Below are positions 58,090-64,000 of a DNA stretch of 64,000 nt, piece after piece; within the stretch, counting starts at the first letter, position 1, and the number at the start of each line of letters is the position of its first letter. The DNA is taken from assembly GCF_009914755.1 (NCBI RefSeq), contig NC_060934.1. One strand, 5' to 3'. A program made the position numbers and the translations under genes. The notes beneath the pieces are model-generated. The model was not told the DNA's origin. It did not search any database and saw nothing but the letters and a program-made list of their open reading frames with translations. The stretch comes from the human T2T-CHM13v2.0 reference genome, Homo sapiens.

Positions 58090-58325
58090 ATAGCGTTCAG
58101 CATGGTTCTAGCCAAGTCCATGTTAGGTGTGTGACCTTGTGCAGCTGTCTTTCCATCTCTAAGCCTGTTTCTTCATCTGTAAAAATGAGATGACAATAGA
58201 ATCCAACTCAAAGGATTGTCGTGAAGATCATATAAGGTAAAAATGTGCAAAGCTCTTAGCAGAATGTCTGGAAAATGGGAGACTTTCAACAAATGTGAGC
58301 AGTGATGACCATGATAATGATAATG
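58090..58325 (+). mobile_element. MIR SINE
   Basis: gtgtgaccttgtgca...ctctaagcctgtttcttcatctgtaaaatgagatgacaatag. Confidence 0.72.
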
Positions 58326-59198
58326 ATTTGACTGCCTCAGAGTAGTAGACCAGTTGGGAGTGGGAGCCAATCACATGACAGCTAATACAATTAAAAATAC
58401 CCAATGTCTTGAGTAGAATCATTTTCTTGGGTTTGGTAGCTTAGAAGTTCCAAACATTTCTATTCTGTCCCTTGCAGATTCTCTGTTCAGTATTCCTGAG
58501 TTCCAGGCCTCAGTGCTTTAGTGTTGAGCCTCTAGCTTCTGCTTTTGGGACTCAGGAGTTCTGAATAGATGTGGCTATGACTCATGGCCCCTTCCCATAT
58601 CATGGGAAGGGTGAAGAGGAGGCCTAGGCCAGCGCATGAGAAATACATTTGTTTTTGGTTCCCAGCTTCCCCAAAGTGCCATTTTCTGTATTGGAGAAGA
58701 GTAGATTCCCAGGAGTGACAAAAACTGAGGTTCTGAGAGAGTAAGTCACTTGGCCAAGGCCCTTCCTTGGTGTTAGGATTGGAACTCCAGCCCTAGCTTG
58801 CCAACTCTCACTACAATGCTCTCTCCATTGTGGCATTTTTCACTGAGCTTTGCATACTGAATGATGGGAAAAGAGCAAGGAGAGTTTGGTGGCCTTGAAT
58901 CCATATCCTTCTTGATATGTTCTTTTCATCAATGAGTTCAAACAACTTCTGAGGTGAACTTTGCATAGCATCCCAGATTATCTTTTTCTGCTCTGTATGC
59001 TAGAGGATCAGCCCCAGCCTCCTTCTCTGTACTCCCAAAGCACCTGTGCTTTTCTTTTTATGGGGCAGCAATGTGCTAAGATAAAGTGAGATCCTCCTCC
59101 AGGCCCAAGGAATGACCCATGATACATCTAAAGCCAATCGCAATAATCCCGAAGATTGGCTAATTCTGACCAATAACACATAAAGATATATCTATTAT

Positions 59199-59488
59199 GG
59201 CCAGGTGCGGTGGCTCATGCCTGTAATCCCAGCACGTTGGGAGGCCGAGGCGGATGGATCACTGAGGTCAGGAGTTCAAGACCAATCTGGCCAACATGGT
59301 GAAACCCCATCTCTACTAAAAATACAAAAATCAGCTGGGTGTGGTGGTGCACACTTGTAATCCCAGCTACTTGGGAGGCTGAGGCAGGAAAATCGCTTGA
59401 AGCCAGGAGGCAGAGGTTGCAGTGAGCCACTGCACTCCAGCCTGGGTGACAGAATGAGAATCTGTCTCAAAAATAAATAAATTAATAA
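59199..59488 (+). mobile_element. AluS-type SINE
   Basis: TSD aaagata(t/c)atctatta; short deletion in right arm. Confidence 0.92.
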
Positions 59489-59941
59489 AGATACATCTAT
59501 TAGGGAAGGATGTATTCTCCTTGGGAAGGAATTTCCTCTCTGACAAGGAGAGGGGCTTTACAATACTATAAAGCTACAGTAATCAAGACAGTGTGGTACA
59601 GGCAAAAGAATAGAGAAATAAATAATGGAACTGAATACAGTGCCAGATTTGGACCCATATAAATATAGCCAACTGATCTTTGACAAAGGAACAGAGTCGA
59701 TACAACAGAGCAAAGATTGTCTTTTCAATAAGTGGTGCTAGAGCAACTGGATATCCACATGCAAAAAACAAAAACAAAAACAAAACAAAAAAAAGATCTA
59801 GACATAGAACTTACCATACATTTTTCATAAAATTAATCCAAAATGGATTATAGACCTAAATGTAAAATGAAAAACTATAAAGCTCCTAGAAGATGACATA
59901 AAAGGAAAACCTAGAAGACATTGTGTATGGTGATAACTTTT

Positions 59942-60084
59942 CAATGCTTATATCTTACTTCTTTAATCAACTTATTTTAAGTTCCGGGATACATGTGCTG
60001 GATGTGCAGGTTTGTTACAGACGTAAACGTGTGCCATGGCGGTTTGCTGCCCAGATCAATCCATCATCCAGGTATTAAGCCCAA
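59942..60084 (-). mobile_element. Short L1PA 3'-end fragment inserted in L1M
   Basis: atacatgtgctggatgtgcaggtttgttac...ggtattaagccca; TSD gtgataa(c/a)tttt. Confidence 0.8.
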
Positions 60085-60254
60085 GTGATAAATTTTAAGG
60101 TACAATACTAAAGGCATGACCCATGAAAGAAAAAATCGGATCAAATGGATTTCATTAAAATTTAAAATTTCTGCTCTGCAAAAGACAATGCCAAGAGTGT
60201 GAGAAGATAAGCCACAGATTGTATAAAATATTTGAAAAAACACATCTGATAAAG

Positions 60255-60572
60255 CAGGGGTCTCCAACCCTCAGTACCTCCCCATGGCCTGTTAGGAACT
60301 GGGCCATACAGCTGGAGGTGAGCTGCGGGCAAGCCAGCAAAGCTGAGCTCTTCCTCCTGTCAGCTCAGCAGAGGCATTAGATTCTCATAGGAGTGCGAAC
60401 GCTATTGTGAACTGTGCATGCGAGAGGTCTAGGTTGCACGCTCCTTATGAGAATCTAGTAAATGTAACGTGCTTGAATCATCCCCAAAACATCCCCCCAC
60501 TCCACCCCAGTCCATGAAAAAATTATCTTCCATGACACAGGTCCCTGGTACCAAAAAGGCTGGAGAATGCTA
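60255..60572 (+). mobile_element. MER1B (hAT-Charlie) inserted in L1M
   Basis: CAGGGGTCTCCAACC start; perfect 8-bp TSD tgataaag (60247-60254, 60573-60580). Confidence 0.88.
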
Positions 60573-60842
60573 TGATAAAGGACTGTTACCCAAAATAGAC
60601 AAAGAACTCTTAAAACTCAATAATAAGAAAAACAATCTGATTTTAAAATGGGCAAAGACCTTGATAGATACCTTACCAAAGTGTTGCTAAGATATCTATC
60701 AAGGTCTTTTCCCATTTTATACAGGTGGCAAATAAGTATATGAAAAATGTTCCACATGATATGTCATCAGAGAAACGCAGATTAAAACAACAATGAGATA
60801 CTACTACACACTTGTTAGAATGGCCAAAATCGGGAACATTGA

Positions 60843-61253
60843 TGTTACGGTTTAAATGTGTCTCATCCAAAATTCAGGTGTTGAAACTTAATGGCCAGTG
60901 TGATGGTATGAAGAGGTGGTGCCTAAGAGGTAATTATGCCATGAAGGAGGCCTCCTCTTTCATGAATGGGATTAAGATCTCTATAAAAGAAGCTTCACGC
61001 AGCATTCAGCTTGCTTGCCCTTCTGCCTTCCACCATGTGAGCTTGCAGCATTCCTCCCTCCCAGAGGGAGGGAGCAACAAGGCACTATCTTGGAAGCAGA
61101 GAGAAGCCCCCATCAGACAGCTCAACCTTCTGGTGGCTTGATCTTGGACTTCAGCACCCAAAATTGCAAGAAAATGAATTTCTGTTCTTTATAAATTACC
61201 ACAACTACTCAATCTGTGGCATTCTGTGATAGCGGTACAAACAGAGTAAGATA
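60843..61253 (+). mobile_element. MSTC-like MaLR solo LTR inserted in L1M
   Basis: tgttacggtttaaatgtgtc...aaattcaggtgttgaaactta...; perfect 5-bp TSD attga. Confidence 0.85.
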
Positions 61254-61786
61254 ATTGACAACACCAAATGCAGGTAAGGCTGTGGAGCAAAAGGAACTCT
61301 TGTTCACTCCTTGGGGAGTGCAAAATGGTACAGTGACTGGAAGACAGTTTAGTGGCTTTTAAAAAACTAAACATTATCTTACCATACAATCCAGCAATCA
61401 CGCTCCTTGGTATTTACCCAAAATACTTAAAAACGTATGTCCACATGAAAACCTGCACATGGATGCTTACAGCAGCTTTATAATAATTGCCAAAACTTGG
61501 AAGCAACTAAGATGTCCTTCAGTCGGTGAATGGATAAACTGTGGTATATCCAGATGATGGAATATTATTCAGAACTAAAAATAAATGAGCTGTCAAGCCA
61601 TGACAAGAAAAAAAGGAAACTAAAATGCATATTATGAAATGAAAGAAGCCAATCTGAAAAGGCTGGACATTGTATGAATCCAACTCTATAACATTCTGGA
61701 AAAGGCAAAACTATGGAGACACTATAAAAATCAGTGGTTGCCAGGGATTAGAGGGGGTGAGGGGAAGGATGAATAGGCAGAGCACA

Positions 61787-62030
61787 ATGAGTCACCTGAG
61801 GTCAGGAGTTCAAGACCAGCCTGTCCAACATGGTGAAATCCCCTCTCTATGAAAAATACAAAATTTAGCCAGGCGTGATGGCATGTGCCTGCAATTCCAG
61901 CTACTCAGAATGGTGAGGCAGGAGAATCACTTGAACCCAGGAGGTGGAGGTTGCAGTGAACCGAGATTGTGCCACTGCACTCCAGCTAGGGCAACAGAGT
62001 GAGACTCTGTCTCAAAACAAACAAACGAAA
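61787..62030 (+). mobile_element. 5'-truncated AluS inserted in L1M
   Basis: perfect 15-bp TSD aataggcagagcaca (61772-61786, 62031-62045). Confidence 0.92.
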
Positions 62031-63411
62031 AATAGGCAGAGCACAGAAGGTTTTTAGGGCAGTGAAACTATTGTGTATGATACTATAATGATGAACACAT
62101 TTTATTATGCATTTGTCTAAACCCATAGAATTTATAAAACAAAGAGTTAACGCTATTGTGAACTATGAACTTTGGGTGATAATGAAGTGTCAATGTAGGT
62201 TCGTCAGTTGTAAGAAATGTACCACTCTGGTGAGGGATATTGATAATGGGGGAGGCTACGCATGTGTAGGGTCAGGGAGTATATTGGAAATCTCTGTACC
62301 TTTCTCTTCATTTTCTTGTAAACCTAAAACTGCCTGATAAATAATGTATTTAACAAAGAAAAATATAGAGGCTTCTAATTAAATTTCTTCTTGTGCCTCC
62401 AGCAAGAGAGAGGCAGAACATCTCCTCCTTACTCCCTGGGCCTTTGGGTGTTTTCATGATGATGAGGTGCTGTGGCAACCATCTTGTGACTCTGAGACAA
62501 AAATCAAGAGAATTAAGGAAAAGTCCCTGAGCTACTGAATCGCTTAATTTTGGAACTCTCTACCTTCAGACTTTTTTTTTACATTAAATAATAAAACTAA
62601 ATTTTAAAAAATTCCCTCACTAATAGCTAAAAGCATTCTAGCTGATTTCAAAACCTTCCCGAAGGAGATGAGAACTAGGCCTCGAAAGATAATAGGATTT
62701 GGGTAGGCAGAAAGGAGGCAGTAGACCTTCTATTGGAGAATAAGTGAAGGCAAAGGAATGGGAGTGAGCCTGGCTAATGTGGCTGCTGGTGAGGGACCTC
62801 CAGCCTGCTGTGGAAAATGTCAACTGGAATAATTGGGCCTTTCTCTGAACTTATAGTACTTAGTCCACCTGTATTTGTGTATACATTTTAAAATATTTAT
62901 TTGCATGCAGATTGTTTTCTATAGGAGGAGAAAAGTGGTTGGCTCAAGTGCTTTAGATACAAAAGGACAGAACAGTCTTTTCCTAGCTCTGTGGTCTCCT
63001 GGCTGGGCCCCTCACGCTTGTATTGGAGCATTATAGATAGCAGCTATAGGCAGAAGCTGGAATAACTGCTCTCACAGCGTACTCCATGAGACTGACCAAT
63101 AGTACCTCTTTGGTTTCCAGGTAACTAAATGAGACAGAGGTGGGCAGGGGGTTCTCTCTAAGCCTGCAGAGCCATGGTGGGATGCCCTGAGAACTGTGTT
63201 AGCTAGCTCTGGGCACACCAGGGACAGCACACTTGGCCTCATCAGTGTTTCCCTGGAGGGTGCAGGCATCTATGCAGGGTGAGTTGCTGCTCCTAAGGGA
63301 CTTCTCTTGCACGTGCCACCACAAGGGCAGGAGCGGAGAGAGAAAGACTACATGAACTGTGTGAATTCACTTGAGACAGCTCCAGGACACAGAAATAACA
63401 GCATGAGACCT

Positions 63412-63770
63412 AAAAAAATTTTATGAATACATAATGTACATACTGATGGGGTACACGTAATGTTTTGAAACAAGTACACAATGTGCAATGATCAAATCTG
63501 GGTAATTGGGATATTCATCACCTCAAGCATTTATCATTCCTTTGTGTTAGGAACATTCCAAATCTACTCTTCTAATTATTTTGAAATATACAATAAATTA
63601 TTGTTAACTATAGTCACCCTATTGTGCTACCAAGCATTATATTTTATTCCTTCTAACTATTTTTTTTTTTTTTTTACTCATTAGCCAATTCCTGTTTATA
63701 TCTCTTCACCACACTACCCTCCCAGCCTCTGGTAACCACCATTCTATTCCCTACCTCAACAGTATGAAAT
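63412..63770 (-). mobile_element. L1MA 3'-end fragment (antisense)
   Basis: atgatcaaatctgggtaattgggatattcatcacctcaagcatttatc...ccagcctctggtaaccaccattcta. Confidence 0.82.
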
Positions 63771-63880
63771 TTTGAGGGGAACAAAGCCTTTCATTATTCA
63801 GGTGGCAGCCTGATTCTAGGAAATGGCAGCTATTTTAGTGAGTGTGACTCTGTTGGAATCCCTGGCACATGAGTCTAGGT

Positions 63881-64000
63881 CAAGATTTCTCAGTCTTGGC
63901 ACTCTTGACTGACACTTTGGGCCAGATGACTCTTTGTTGTGAGGACTGTCCTGTGCATGATAGGATGAATATTCAGCAGCATCCTTGGCTTCTACCCACT
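63881..64000. mobile_element. MER20-like element, truncated by the window edge
   Basis: tttctcagtcttggcact...gactgtcctgtgcat...cagcagcatccttggcttctacccact. Confidence 0.78.

Larger units (their letters stand above)
59560..62365 (+). mobile_element. L1M (L1MB/MC-like) ORF2 3' end and 3'UTR, host to four later insertions
   Basis: tactataaagctacagtaatcaagacagtgtggtac...; ccatacaatccagcaatcacgctccttggtatttaccc; 3' end gtaaacctaaaactgc. Confidence 0.88.

Overview
Primate (human-like) genomic DNA, not prokaryotic. The + strand carries the 3' half of BICC1 (BicC family RNA-binding protein 1). Thirteen coding exons (exons 9-21 in the 21-exon human model as I recall it) were reconstructed by hand with GT-AG boundaries and consistent phases. 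They give 1878 nt = 625 aa + stop, from G350 to W974: last KH-like region, Ser/Gly/Pro-rich linker, SAM domain. A ~2.5 kb 3'UTR ends near 41.43 kb, followed by ~22.5 kb of repeat-rich intergenic DNA. Almost all listed ORFs are Alu/L1/Tigger artefacts or exon fragments with intronic run-on. The main non-obvious signal is a 79-nt cassette exon in the last intron (33200-33278) that the ORF track misses. It has a branch point, acceptor and donor, is in the correct phase, and would swap the C-terminus from E932 for VCDSVQIRNKILRAARIV* while escaping NMD. It matches my recollection of the mouse Bicc1 'B' isoform tail. Other items: a NAGNAG acceptor, a Pro943 allele, short tandem duplications, a near full-length Tigger2, a 76-nt fold-back hairpin inside an old L1, a nested transposon stack, and miRNA/RBP sites in the 3'UTR. 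I see no evidence for a wholly new gene system. Repeat subfamily names, residue numbers and literature links come from memory and were not checked by database search.
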